Sequence record: PZ386973.1
DNA: 64,000 nt
Origin: a phage
Direction: 5' to 3' (one strand)
Position 1 is the first letter of the stretch. Each line of letters begins with the position of its first letter. The position numbers and the translations under genes were made by a program. Below the pieces are notes generated by a model. That model did not search any database and was not told the origin of the DNA. It was given only the letters and a program-made list of their open reading frames with translations. Positions 45,184-54,789 of this stretch are shown piece after piece.

Positions 45184-45499
45184 TTTTAATGAATTAAATA
45201 CCTTACATGAGATATTACAATTTGTGAATAATAATATTAGTATTCCAGATGATACTCTAGAAGTTCTCATGTTAATCGAGAAAAAGGTAGGAATTGAAAT
45301 TGAGGACTCTTGGAAACCACTTTCTGTATTAACACCTCTTAATATGAAAGTGATTGTTAAAAATATTGATACTGGTGAAGAGTGTGAAATGATTCGTAAA
45401 GAACTAGCTAATAGCTATTCACCAAAGTCTGTAGTAATGTACCATGATGATACCGCTAAGACTCTACAGACAGCTAATTACGTATGGCGTCTTCCATGA
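45173..45499 (+). CDS. hypothetical protein
   Basis: Track ORF. Confidence 0.45.
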   Translation: MKLNFNELNTLHEILQFVNNNISIPDDTLEVLMLIEKKVGIEIEDSWKPLSVLTPLNMKVIVKNIDTGEECEMIRKELANSYSPKSVVMYHDDTAKTLQTANYVWRLP

Positions 45500-45598
45500 T
45501 TGATTTAGTACCAATTACTGCGGGGCTAATAGCACTATTAGTGCTTGCAGTTTTTATTATTGTGGAGCAGGCCAAAGTAATAAGGAGACTTAAAAACA

Positions 45599-45799
45599 AT
45601 GATAAAACGTCTTGTTTATCAAGCACCAAAGATTGTAACTGAGTATTTTGTATTACTGCCTCAGATTGTATTTCTAACAGCATTATTTAATATACTTTTC
45701 CGACATCTAGGAGTAACAGAAAACGTATTTTACACTTCTGAATTACTTCCTTTTATGTACGAAGGCATTATCACGGCGTTTAATGGGGTTCGTAAATGA
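45599..45799 (+). CDS. hypothetical small membrane protein
   Basis: Track ORF. Confidence 0.4.
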   Translation: MIKRLVYQAPKIVTEYFVLLPQIVFLTALFNILFRHLGVTENVFYTSELLPFMYEGIITAFNGVRK

Positions 45800-46257
45800 C
45801 AGCACTACAACAACTACAGAATTACTGGTTTGATAACCAATTTAATGATCTCTTCATCCAGTTGTTTGTCGAAACGAACGGGCGTTTTAACTACCGATTC
45901 TTTAATAAGTTTCATGAAACAAAATTCTCGCATACAGAAATTAACGCTGCAATTCAGGACTTAACAGGTTCTAAGGTAGTTCAGTATCGTGAAGTAGACT
46001 TTACACCAGATTGTTTTGGATTTGAATTGTTTAAGAAAGCGTATAAATTTGGCAAGTTTGAGGATGCTCGTCAATGGGTTCATGATTTCTGGTATAATAC
46101 TGATATTGTTCCTAGTCGTGTGCTGATTCTTAACTGGATTGCTAAACAACACCCACCTAAAGCTCAATCGTCCTTCTTACCAACTGACACAGGAAACCTT
46201 TACCATGACAGAAAAGAAAAATCCATTGCTGGAGCAGATGAAGGAATGGGAGAGTAA
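45796..46257 (+). CDS. hypothetical protein
   Basis: Track ORF. Confidence 0.45.
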   Translation: MTALQQLQNYWFDNQFNDLFIQLFVETNGRFNYRFFNKFHETKFSHTEINAAIQDLTGSKVVQYREVDFTPDCFGFELFKKAYKFGKFEDARQWVHDFWYNTDIVPSRVLILNWIAKQHPPKAQSSFLPTDTGNLYHDRKEKSIAGADEGMGE

Positions 46258-46576
46258 TATTGAATCTGGTCTAGTAGACGGAGAAGATATTGTTAACTCT
46301 ATGCTAGAAGTAACAGTGGATAATATTAACCCTATTTTGGCCGGAGAAACTTCAGATCTTATAGGACTTTCTAGTACCTTCGATTCTTTGGCTAAATTAG
46401 CTTTAGACGATGAAGAGATAACCAAAGAAGATCTCGCTACAGCTATGAATATGGCTATTAACGCTTACATTGGCAAACGTACCGATGAACTCGACAAACA
46501 AATCAAAAAGCGGGATACAACGTTAAATCTTATGGAAATGGCCACTATGTTAAGAAGTGGTAAACAACTTCATTAA
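46205..46576 (+). CDS. hypothetical protein
   Basis: Internal ATG of track ORF 46139-46576. Confidence 0.4.
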   Translation: MTEKKNPLLEQMKEWESNIESGLVDGEDIVNSMLEVTVDNINPILAGETSDLIGLSSTFDSLAKLALDDEEITKEDLATAMNMAINAYIGKRTDELDKQIKKRDTTLNLMEMATMLRSGKQLH

Positions 46577-46583
46577 TTTTAGA

Positions 46584-46612
46584 GGCCAGGACTTAATTGT
46601 TCTGGCCTTTTG
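46584..46612 (+). terminator. rho-independent terminator
   Basis: GGCCAG...CTGGCC stem followed by TTTTG. Confidence 0.55.
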
Positions 46613-46620
46613 TGTATATT

Positions 46621-47067
46621 ATGAGAGAAAAAGTAAATGAATTATTAATCGAGGAAGCTAACAACTTCCCAGTAAATAGATTCATCAAATCAGATGGATC
46701 TATTAATAGAACTAAGATTAAGCAGCTACATCCCGACTTTCAACAAGAAGCGCTAAACCTTATATTTATCAAGAAAGCTGTTGCAGCTCATGGGGCTTTC
46801 TTTGGGTATGAGCGTGTAAATTATAAAACAATGCAACAGCAGGTTGAGATCTATTGTCCAGACCACGATGGTTATTACTGGCAAACTGCTAGATCTCATT
46901 TAGAAGGGCATGGTTGTCGACTGTGCGCACACAAGGTTGTGCAGCGTGTCACGGATTATGGAACTTATACCGTACCAGCATGTTATCATAAATTTGTAAT
47001 TGACGATAATCATATAATTTGGTATAATAAGTTTTCAAAGTTAAGAATGGAGATAAATAGTGAGTAG
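46621..47067 (+). CDS. hypothetical Cys/His-containing protein
   Basis: ATG 46621 after the terminator; the track start 46597 lies inside the hairpin. Confidence 0.45.
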   Translation: MREKVNELLIEEANNFPVNRFIKSDGSINRTKIKQLHPDFQQEALNLIFIKKAVAAHGAFFGYERVNYKTMQQQVEIYCPDHDGYYWQTARSHLEGHGCRLCAHKVVQRVTDYGTYTVPACYHKFVIDDNHIIWYNKFSKLRMEINSE

Positions 47068-47353
47068 CTATATTGTATGGTCAAATCCATTAGCCGCACT
47101 TAGTAATAAACTATTTAAAACAGAATGGGGTAAAAACGAAATAGACTTAAGTAGTCGTCCAATACCAAACAAGCACCCATTAGTCCCTGAGCTATATAGG
47201 GTGGTTATAAATGACACAGAGTATTTGGTCGATAAATTTGATAGAAAACGTTTACTAGAGGGTATCTATGATAATTCTACATCAATGGATGAATTAATAG
47301 AGCATGCCCAAATATATGATAAAAGCTGGATGTTAATATGGAGATCATACTAA
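47060..47353 (+). CDS. hypothetical protein
   Basis: Track ORF. Confidence 0.45.
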   Translation: MSSYIVWSNPLAALSNKLFKTEWGKNEIDLSSRPIPNKHPLVPELYRVVINDTEYLVDKFDRKRLLEGIYDNSTSMDELIEHAQIYDKSWMLIWRSY

Positions 47354-47571
47354 TTATTTTAGGAGTTATGCTATTTATTGTAGCATTTGTATATTTTGCT
47401 ATTATGAGTAGAGCCAGAGAGTTAGAAAAAGATCTAACAAAATTACGAGGTGAGTTGGCAGCCCTTAAATTACAGCGTGAGGCTTTAAAGTTGTTTGTGG
47501 TTCAAGGTAGTGTAGAACATACACCAGAAGACTTCATTGCGTGTCTCAAACGTTATATGGGAATTAAATAA
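47338..47571 (+). CDS. membrane-anchored small protein
   Basis: Track ORF. Confidence 0.4.
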   Translation: MEIILIILGVMLFIVAFVYFAIMSRARELEKDLTKLRGELAALKLQREALKLFVVQGSVEHTPEDFIACLKRYMGIK

Positions 47572-47756
47572 TGGAAACACTTTTTCTTTTAATGCTCGTA
47601 GGTTCGTTAGTAGTTATATTAGCACTCCTATTAATCTGTAATATTCTTAATAATAAGAATTTAGGACTAAAGTGTGAAAACCAAATCCTCAACCGTGAAC
47701 TTAAACAATATAATCTAGCAGCACATAAGCTGCTAGACAAACTGGAGAATAAGTAA
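47571..47756 (+). CDS. membrane-anchored small protein
   Basis: Track ORF. Confidence 0.4.
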   Translation: METLFLLMLVGSLVVILALLLICNILNNKNLGLKCENQILNRELKQYNLAAHKLLDKLENK

Positions 47757-48361
47757 TGACTTTATATGCACAACAACCTGTTCAAGTAGTACCAGACCAT
47801 GAGTTAAATACTTGGGATTATAGCTTCAAAGATTTAACTGCTACTGTACAGTTCAAATCTATGAAATTAACCTTTGCACATACTGATATTAAAGCATGTA
47901 AAGATTTTGAAGGTAAACTAAAAGAAGCTCGTAAGATTTTTGGCAGGGCTCGCATCCCAGCTGATAATCTAATTAATACACTAATCGATGCTGGCTATAA
48001 ACTCGTGAAGACCGAGGTGAACCGTCCTGATACTCCTATAACTGTTGGAGGTTACTGGGCTAAAAGTGGTATAGCATTTAATCCTAAAATAACGTCGGAA
48101 ATGCACAATGTTCCATGCGGTGGCAATATAGAAAATAGTTCCTCATATCGAGTTGGTGAAGATTACGGCCCATCTGTACAGTTGAAACATACTCAAGAGG
48201 CTTTTGAATCTGACATGAAAAGCGTAGCACCTGCGGATACTAAAGGTTTTAGAAGTCCCATCTATGTTACTCACTTTAATAATCTTAGGCCTGGGAGTAT
48301 AAATGATACTATCCTTGAAGCGTTGGGAGCTGCTCTTAATGAAGATAAGAGAGGTAGTTAA
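47756..48361 (+). CDS. hypothetical protein
   Basis: Track ORF. Confidence 0.45.
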   Translation: MTLYAQQPVQVVPDHELNTWDYSFKDLTATVQFKSMKLTFAHTDIKACKDFEGKLKEARKIFGRARIPADNLINTLIDAGYKLVKTEVNRPDTPITVGGYWAKSGIAFNPKITSEMHNVPCGGNIENSSSYRVGEDYGPSVQLKHTQEAFESDMKSVAPADTKGFRSPIYVTHFNNLRPGSINDTILEALGAALNEDKRGS

Positions 48362-49092
48362 TGAAAGATTTGGCTGTAAAGTTTAAGAATATTCTAGCCC
48401 TCGCTAAGGGGGCTGATCATCGCTGTTTCTCTGATTTAACCACTGAAGAGAAACATGCAGTAATGTTTGTTTGCGAAATGTTCCCAGCTAGATGGGAGGG
48501 TGGTAAGATTAAGTATGATAACAAAGCAGCAAAAGCTGACCTTGCTTATTCTTACGTTGATATGAATAAACTCCTAAAGTCTTTAGACCCCACTGCTAAA
48601 GGTCACATGGGAAACTATATTCATGTTATCATTGATGAACCTCTCCCGGCTTATAGAGAAACATCCGCTAGAGAAGCATTAGAAGCATATCCAGAACAAT
48701 TATACATTCCGCCTAAGAAATGTAAGTTCGATCATCTTCCAGCGTTAGCATTTGAAACTAGTATCACGTTTGAAGATATTTATAGAACGATTGGAGCTGT
48801 AGTAGCACGGATTGCAGTGGCACATCATCGTGGCATAGAACTTACTACAGCGGAAGATTATATTCTATACGCTATCCATGATGAAAAGGACTCCTTCAAA
48901 CGTCTAATGGATGCTCTAGGATTAGGCAGTCTCACAGCGCTTGTGCTTAACCAGGCTCCTAGAACCAAGCGTTATGCAAAAGGATCTATTACTCTTGAAG
49001 AAACAGGGTCTACATCTTCATTCCTTGCTACATATATTTATTTAGCATCTAAAGGAATCTATCTAAAGGCTAGAAAGAATGTCACTATATAA
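48361..49092 (+). CDS. hypothetical protein
   Basis: Track ORF. Confidence 0.45.
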   Translation: MKDLAVKFKNILALAKGADHRCFSDLTTEEKHAVMFVCEMFPARWEGGKIKYDNKAAKADLAYSYVDMNKLLKSLDPTAKGHMGNYIHVIIDEPLPAYRETSAREALEAYPEQLYIPPKKCKFDHLPALAFETSITFEDIYRTIGAVVARIAVAHHRGIELTTAEDYILYAIHDEKDSFKRLMDALGLGSLTALVLNQAPRTKRYAKGSITLEETGSTSSFLATYIYLASKGIYLKARKNVTI

Positions 49093-49435
49093 AGTATATA
49101 TTCTTGCAAACAGGGATCTGACAAAGATCCCTAAGAGAACAAAGATCGGTATTAGCATGAATCCACATAATAGGATTCAAACACTAAACTTAGATAAGAT
49201 AGTCTATCGAGGTTTTGACGATTTATACGTGTATGGGGTCTATGAAACCCATAATCCTAGAGATCTAGAAGCCGCTGCTCATATCTACTTTAAGAAATAC
49301 CGTTGTAATTTAAAGGGATTCGAAGGATGTACAGAGTTCTTTGATATTCACCCACAACTTGCAGAACGATTCCTATTAAATACAGGAGCCAAGAAGATTT
49401 ACGATCCCAATACCAATCTCGAAGGAGATGTATAA
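49079..49435 (+). CDS. T5orf172/GIY-YIG-like domain protein
   Basis: YKVYILANRD...KIGISMNPHNRIQTL resembles the T5orf172 pattern as recalled. Confidence 0.45.
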   Translation: MSLYKVYILANRDLTKIPKRTKIGISMNPHNRIQTLNLDKIVYRGFDDLYVYGVYETHNPRDLEAAAHIYFKKYRCNLKGFEGCTEFFDIHPQLAERFLLNTGAKKIYDPNTNLEGDV

Positions 49436-49452
49436 ACATTAACAAAATCTTC

Positions 49453-49482
49453 TTGACAACTCATTGCGGCACATGTTATAAT
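49453..49482 (+). promoter_or_regulatory. consensus sigma70 promoter (TTGACA-N18-TATAAT) reading into the repeat field
   Basis: Canonical hexamers; no ORF downstream for about 1.4 kb. Confidence 0.5.
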
Positions 49483-49835
49483 AATCTCATAGATTAAAAA
49501 CAACTCTTGTTTTGAACTCTAGGGGCGATGATTATTACACTTAGTATTACGTCTATACGTTGCGACAGCACGAGTATAGATCTAATTACTAAGTCTTCCG
49601 TAATACTCACGCGCCCCACGAGTAAGCTCTCATGAAATGGGGGGACTATTTACTTTTAAAATATATGAAAATATTTAAAGGCAATATCTGTGTTCAAGAT
49701 GGTACACCTGTTGCCGCTCTTCTGCTAGGATGGCACAACACTTTCTTCTAGACTCCTAAGTTTATCACGAAATACCACACTTCTAGTGGGCGGTTCTCCT
49801 AAGTTTCTAGGAACATATACTAGGCGGTTAATACA

Positions 49836-49880
49836 GGGCGGTTATAGGGAGGGCGGTTATAGGGAGGGCGGTTATTTCTA
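49836..49880. repeat. tandem repeat, 3 copies of GGGCGGTTAT(A)GGGA
   Basis: Three adjacent copies read directly. Confidence 0.8.
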
Positions 49881-49917
49881 GAAGACATTTTTTGAAAACA
49901 CATTTCCAGAAATTACT

Positions 49918-50517
49918 GTCGGATTTGCACACTGCATTTCTAGAAATTTATGGTCGGATTTGCACAAACGCCTAAGTTTTTAGGAACATATAATCTCTTG
50001 AAAATAGCAGCATTATTTCGGGCCGAAGGCCCATGATTGCCTGAGTTTTTAGAGCCACAGAAATTTTCCCTTGTCAAGCTATTTTGCCACATTTAGCTAA
50101 TAAAATTTTACTTTTTCTGCACCTATCTCAAATCTTCTCCAATTATCTCAACTCTTCCCCAAAATCCCGGCAAATCTGGTGCTCCGCACCAACCATGCGC
50201 CCACATCCCTCTAGTCCCCAAAATTTCTTCGTTCTCTCAACTTCTCTCCAAACCTATACAATCACACACCCTCTAATCGAAGTCATAAAAATCTTGTCGG
50301 ATTCGCACATCTTAATCCTAGAAAAACCGTGTCGGATTTGCACATACCCCACAGGATTCGAACGCAGTTCGTGATTGCTGGAGTTTTTGGGAAAATTCAT
50401 TGTCGGATTCGCACACTATAAAAATTTTTAGGGTCGGATTTGCACACTACCAAAAATTGTCGGATTCGCACATACACGCCAGCACGTAACCCGTGGAGCA
50501 AATGTCGGATTTGCACA
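49918..50517. repeat. iteron array: 8 direct copies of GTCGGATT(T/C)GCACA
   Basis: Copies at 49918, 49963, 50296, 50331, 50402, 50433, 50459, 50504, all same orientation. Confidence 0.85.
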
Positions 50518-50522
50518 AAAGC

Positions 50523-50700
50523 GCAGGGCAATTGCCCTGCTAGTTTGAATGCGAATAAAAATGAGAATCATTATCATTTAAAAAGCGGAATGCGAATGAG
50601 AATCATTATCATTTACGAAAGGGAATGAGAACTATTCAGGAAGTGAAACGATTCTCATTTAGATAGTGAAATGCGAATGATAATGATTCGCATTTAAAAA
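50523..50700. repeat. 18-bp palindrome GCAGGGCAATTGCCCTGC plus direct and inverted copies of a GAATGCGAATGAGAATCATTATCATTTA unit
   Basis: Palindrome 50523-50540; repeat copies around 50547-50615 and inverted or palindromic copies 50646-50696. Confidence 0.75.
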
Positions 50701-50727
50701 CGGAAGTGAGAAACACTGTTATTTAAG

Positions 50728-50819
50728 TTATCCACAGACTTATCAACAGCACGATTTGACTTGACAAAATCCTAGCCATTTTGAGGCGTTATTAACAGAC
50801 TTATCCACAGCTTATCCTA
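50728..50819. promoter_or_regulatory. cluster of DnaA-box-like 9-mers (TTATCCACA and variants)
   Basis: TTATCCACA at 50728 and 50801; variants TTATCAACA, TTATTAACA, TTATCCTAC. Confidence 0.6.
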
Positions 50820-50835
50820 CTGTATAAATATACAG
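50796..50835. repeat. left arm of a 40-bp inverted repeat (partner 54682-54721)
   Basis: CAGACTTATCCACAGCTTATCCTACTGTATAAATATACAG; reverse complement matches the right arm at 39 of 40. Confidence 0.8.
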
Positions 50836-50986
50836 TATTCCTACGCAGTGAATAGTTCTAATATAGCGTTAAAACGTCCTAGATCGCATTCTAACGCGTT
50901 TAATTTTGGTGGGGATACTAAAACAAGGGGGTATTTATCTGGAGGGAGAAAAACGGGGATCAGATCCCCGTCGATTATTAGAAAAG

Positions 50987-51100
50987 AGGGCAATTATCCC
51001 GCTTTGCCATTTCGCGCCACTCATCCTGATGCCTAGACTTGCGACGGCGTACTAAAAACCGTTTATACCAGTGATTAAACCATCGTTTCATAAATCCTCC
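50987..51100 (-). CDS. small basic protein
   Basis: ATG after GAGGAGG; 37 codons; below track threshold. Confidence 0.3.
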
Positions 51101-51291
51101 TCAGGTAGTCGATGCGTGATCTTCTCCTCTTCCCCATAGGAATCGACCAAATGTTGATAATAACCATCGGCATCATAAATCACTTTATCATATTCGCCAC
51201 GCTCGACCGCTTGCCGATTCTCAGGTGTATCCGGCACATAGAAAACATCAACCATTGTGGTAGTTTTGGTCACAATAATTTTATTGCTCAT
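51088..51291 (-). CDS. hypothetical acidic protein
   Basis: Track ORF. Confidence 0.4.
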   Translation of the reverse strand: MSNKIIVTKTTTMVDVFYVPDTPENRQAVERGEYDKVIYDADGYYQHLVDSYGEEEKITHRLPEEDL

Positions 51292-51514
51292 AATAACGCT
51301 CCGTTATTAAAAATCCCCATATATTCCCGGCCAAATTTTACTAGTAACATAAGTTACTATCCCGGCAACAATTACGCTATAAACTATTAATAAGGTAAAC
51401 ATTAAACCAGACATAATAACTCCTAGTAAATATATTTTTGCCAATAGTGGCGAACGTTATCGCCACCAGCGGAATCATTAGCTGCCTCAGCATTACCAAC
51501 GAAAATATATAATC

Positions 51515-51874
51515 TCATTGTGCCACCTTTCGGAATGCTGTTTCAATACTATCCGCAGTGGATTGAATATATGCGCCTTTCATTATCAGGCGCTCAGTGC
51601 ACACCTTACGGAAGATATTAATAAAATCATCTTCATTTTCTGCGATTAATGCCTCCCCCATGACCTGAATATCACAAGATGCGAAAGTCAAAAATTGAAA
51701 CGCTAGTTCACGGGCAACGACCGCATTGATTTTATAATGCGCCTTGCCCTCATAAATATTAATAACGCCCTTGTAAGCCGGGGAAAGCTGATTTAAGTAG
51801 TTTGCTAACACTGCCGGACGGCAATTAGTAACAAAGCGATTGCCTTCATAAATTATCATTTGCATAGCTCCCAA
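51515..51874 (-). CDS. hypothetical protein
   Basis: Track ORF. Confidence 0.45.
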   Translation of the reverse strand: MGAMQMIIYEGNRFVTNCRPAVLANYLNQLSPAYKGVINIYEGKAHYKINAVVARELAFQFLTFASCDIQVMGEALIAENEDDFINIFRKVCTERLIMKGAYIQSTADSIETAFRKVAQ

Positions 51875-52101
51875 ATAGTTCCGCCGATAATCATTAGCTG
51901 ACTAATGATTATCAGAATAAAACCGATTGAAGGCAGGACGCCCCAATATTGGAACGCCCTTTTAATTTGTTGAATCATTTGTTAGCCTCCCAATTAGATA
52001 GCCAGATAATAACATAAAGATCCCCAGTAAAAGGGGATCATTTTTAAATAAGGTGGCGGTAAAACCGCCAACCATTGCAAGGGTAATAATAATAACGCTT
52101 T

Positions 52102-52314
52102 TCATAGTACCCCACGAAAGGCCGCGTAAAAGGTGGCAAAGTGTTTAACCGTTTCAGCGATCACGTTGCCGCGCTTATCAAATTTCTTTTCGGTAACACG
52201 AAAGGCATTTTTGTTACGTGCTACATATTCGATTTTACAATCAGGACGCTCAAACGTGTTTACATCCACCAGCTTAAAGCCTTTCGAACGTGCAAGAGAA
52301 ACGTTGCGAATCAT
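52102..52314 (-). CDS. hypothetical basic protein
   Basis: Track ORF. Confidence 0.4.
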   Translation of the reverse strand: MIRNVSLARSKGFKLVDVNTFERPDCKIEYVARNKNAFRVTEKKFDKRGNVIAETVKHFATFYAAFRGVL

Positions 52315-52317
52315 TTT

Positions 52318-52470
52318 TTATTCTCCTTTACTAGTCATGCAGCCCAGCAGATAAGAAAATGCAGCGATACCCGCGCCAATAATAACCGCGTGGACACCGA
52401 AAGCTATTGCAAAAAGGGATAAAATAGCGCCCAAGATACCTGCTAGAATAGCTCGAAAAATAACCATTTT
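52318..52470 (-). CDS. small hydrophobic membrane peptide
   Basis: 50 codons, two hydrophobic segments; one of several sub-threshold TM mini-ORFs between 51303 and 52470. Confidence 0.35.
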   Translation of the reverse strand, partial: KMVIFRAILAGILGAILSLFAIAFGVHAVIIGAGIAAFSYLLGCMTSKGE

Positions 52471-52513
52471 CATTCTCCTAGTTAGTGGGGCGAAAGTAAC
52501 GCCCCATTATTAA

Positions 52514-52746
52514 TTACATTAAAACAATTTTAGCGGCTTGTTTTTTGGTGCAATGTTCCGCTTTCAGGGTATCCAGCAAAAAGCCAGCCGTTTGCTGATC
52601 GATTTTATCGGCATTATATAGTTCCTGAATGGTGTTATAGGTTTTAGCAATGCCGAACTCCTGCACCATTTCATGAATGATGACGCGATTAGATACCCAA
52701 CCTTGCGCGGTGAACAGATGACTAGCAGAAGAATATGCAACCATTT
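52514..52746 (-). CDS. hypothetical protein
   Basis: Internal ATG with GGAGG RBS. Confidence 0.4.
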
Positions 52747-52811
52747 TAAGCCTCCAAATTTTTGGGAAAATTTTCAACCGTCCTCAAACGGTGTAAAGGC
52801 ATTATAACAAA

Positions 52812-52838
52812 AAAGGCCGCCATAATAGGCGGCCTTTA
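52812..52838 (-). terminator. intra-operon terminator/attenuator hairpin
   Basis: AAAGGCCGCCATAATAGGCGGCCTTT with a T-run on the minus strand. Confidence 0.45.
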
Positions 52839-52850
52839 CAAAACTTTACA

Positions 52851-53345
52851 TTAAACTACTTGTAAGGATTCAACATTGAAACATCGTTTTAATTCGTCAT
52901 GCAAAACAGCGTATTCCTCCCATCGGGTACTATCAGGAATATAAACAAGCTGTTTTAATCGGTTTGCATATATTACCGCTTTGTTATCAATTATCTCGAC
53001 GCCACCATATTTAATAACTAATTTCATGACGGAATTAATAGGATCGCCGCCGTTTACATATGTGCCGGACTTACTCAATTGATAATGATAAAGGCTTGCA
53101 TACACGTTGTCATTTTCAACCCATTCGCCAGTATCCTCATCTTCATACCCATCGCTACCAAAACGAGAAGCATTATCAATAGCCATTTCCTGAGCGAAAG
53201 CGTCGAGATCTGTACCAGCAGGAACAAAATATTCTTCGGTGTTCCCTTCCCCGCAGTACCCAGTATGGCAATCGACCAAAATGATCATATCGTGTTTTGC
53301 CGTGCTCACTTCTCCCAGTGAGAAGCCATATTTTTCCTCAGCCAT
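52851..53345 (-). CDS. hypothetical acidic protein
   Basis: Track ORF. Confidence 0.5.
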   Translation of the reverse strand: MAEEKYGFSLGEVSTAKHDMIILVDCHTGYCGEGNTEEYFVPAGTDLDAFAQEMAIDNASRFGSDGYEDEDTGEWVENDNVYASLYHYQLSKSGTYVNGGDPINSVMKLVIKYGGVEIIDNKAVIYANRLKQLVYIPDSTRWEEYAVLHDELKRCFNVESLQVV

Positions 53346-53410
53346 TTATTATCCTCCTATTAATTAATCAGGGAATAGTAAAGCGGGGAAACAATCCCCG
53401 CTAGATATTA

Positions 53411-54415
53411 TTATTCGCTTTCGGTGCTAGTGGTGAAGGTAGAAATATCGATACCTTTTACCATTTCATCAATCATTTCAGCGATGTTAAAACTTTGCAC
53501 CATTTCCAACATTGCCGCTTCCATAGCTGCCCCTGCTACCGCTTTCGCTTTCTGATTGCTTGGGGCATACTGGTCAACCGCTACGCTCAGCAGGTTGGCA
53601 ATTACTACTCGACCAATCGGCGTATCAATATAACCTTTAATCATGAACGGTGCTTTTTTAGCCGCTACTTTCGTAATTTGAGTCAGTGCAATTTTACCCG
53701 CTTCCAGTTTTGCAGCGTTTACAACAGCGGATTTATTAGCGGCAACAATATTAGCGATCTTGGTCATAGTATTTTTTCCTTTGTTTTCAGTAGTTTGAGT
53801 ATTAACGCTTTGAGTGTTAGAATTTACAACATGGTTTTCTGTATTGTCAACTGGTTTTAGCGTAAATCCAGCATTTGCAACATTTGATTCATTCCCATAC
53901 TCTAAATAATCGCTAGGGATCAACATGTTACCCGTTGACTTTTCAAAACACAAAACACCAGTTGTTTCTATTGCGTAACTATCCGCACCTTTATAGTTTG
54001 ATGATAGTTCACGCCAGATACTATTTAGTAACGATTCGACACTATCAAGCCTGATATTATTTATTTTTGTTGCTATTACCTGCTCTTTTTCTTGCACGTT
54101 ATATAATCGCGCAATGTAACCATTATTCGGCTCACTGTAACCAACAATGATAAAATCAATATCAGTTCCCCGACTGTTACGGAAAACGTGATAATCACGG
54201 TTGAAAATTACTAGTACCCTTGTCTGGTCTAGTAGTAATATGAAATCATTGACTGAATAATGAGTATCATTACTGTCTAAAATTTCATCATGAATCTTTT
54301 CAACCATGCTAGCGGTATGTTGTACACTTGCCGCGCTACTACCATCTAGCAGGTTGCGCAAACTACCCTTTACAATAGTTGCGTTTGCTGGTACTGCAAT
54401 TCTAGTAAAAGACAT
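53411..54415 (-). CDS. hypothetical two-domain protein with low-complexity linker
   Basis: Track ORF; first gene of the minus-strand cassette. Confidence 0.5.
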   Translation of the reverse strand: MSFTRIAVPANATIVKGSLRNLLDGSSAASVQHTASMVEKIHDEILDSNDTHYSVNDFILLLDQTRVLVIFNRDYHVFRNSRGTDIDFIIVGYSEPNNGYIARLYNVQEKEQVIATKINNIRLDSVESLLNSIWRELSSNYKGADSYAIETTGVLCFEKSTGNMLIPSDYLEYGNESNVANAGFTLKPVDNTENHVVNSNTQSVNTQTTENKGKNTMTKIANIVAANKSAVVNAAKLEAGKIALTQITKVAAKKAPFMIKGYIDTPIGRVVIANLLSVAVDQYAPSNQKAKAVAGAAMEAAMLEMVQSFNIAEMIDEMVKGIDISTFTTSTESE

Positions 54416-54681
54416 TCTCTTGTCTCCCTCGTTAATCGGTGAGTGAATGATAAAGGTATTTTCTTTCTAGGGGCAAATATTATTTTACCTTTTTATTTTC
54501 CTTGCCTAACGCCTAGTTTTATGCTAACCGCGCAGCGGTGCAATAAAGAGCAAACCACGGCGAAGCCACCAGGCCGACGCATCGAGGCTTTACTTTAATA
54601 TTACCCCACCGCATTTAGCTCGTTAGAAAGCGTTTTAGGCGGCCTAAAATTGATTGCAGTTGTTAACACTACCTTTTTACC

Positions 54682-54721
54682 CTGTATATTTATACAGTAG
54701 GATAACCTGTGGATAAGTCTG
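54682..54721. repeat. right arm of the 40-bp inverted repeat (partner 50796-50835)
   Basis: CTGTATATTTATACAGTAGGATAACCTGTGGATAAGTCTG. Confidence 0.8.
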
Positions 54722-54789
54722 TGTAAAACTCCTTATATCGCCGCCTATCGTGTCAAATTATTTTGTGCTGTGGATAACGTTGTGGATAA
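54699..54789. promoter_or_regulatory. cluster of DnaA-box-like 9-mers (TGTGGATAA orientation)
   Basis: TGTGGATAA at 54708, 54769, 54781; TAGGATAAC at 54699. Confidence 0.6.

Noticed and set aside
49918-50517. Possible CRISPR array from the 8 direct 14-bp repeats
   Set aside because: The repeats are too short and irregularly spaced, and no cas gene is present; they are better described as iterons.
50848-51036. 62-aa plus-strand track ORF
   Set aside because: It lies antisense to the better-supported minus-strand small gene at 50987-51100 and has no RBS.
50796-54721. Calling the inverted-repeat-bracketed cassette a transposon or insertion sequence
   Set aside because: No transposase, integrase or recombinase motif was recognised inside or beside it, so it is reported as a repeat-flanked cassette only.
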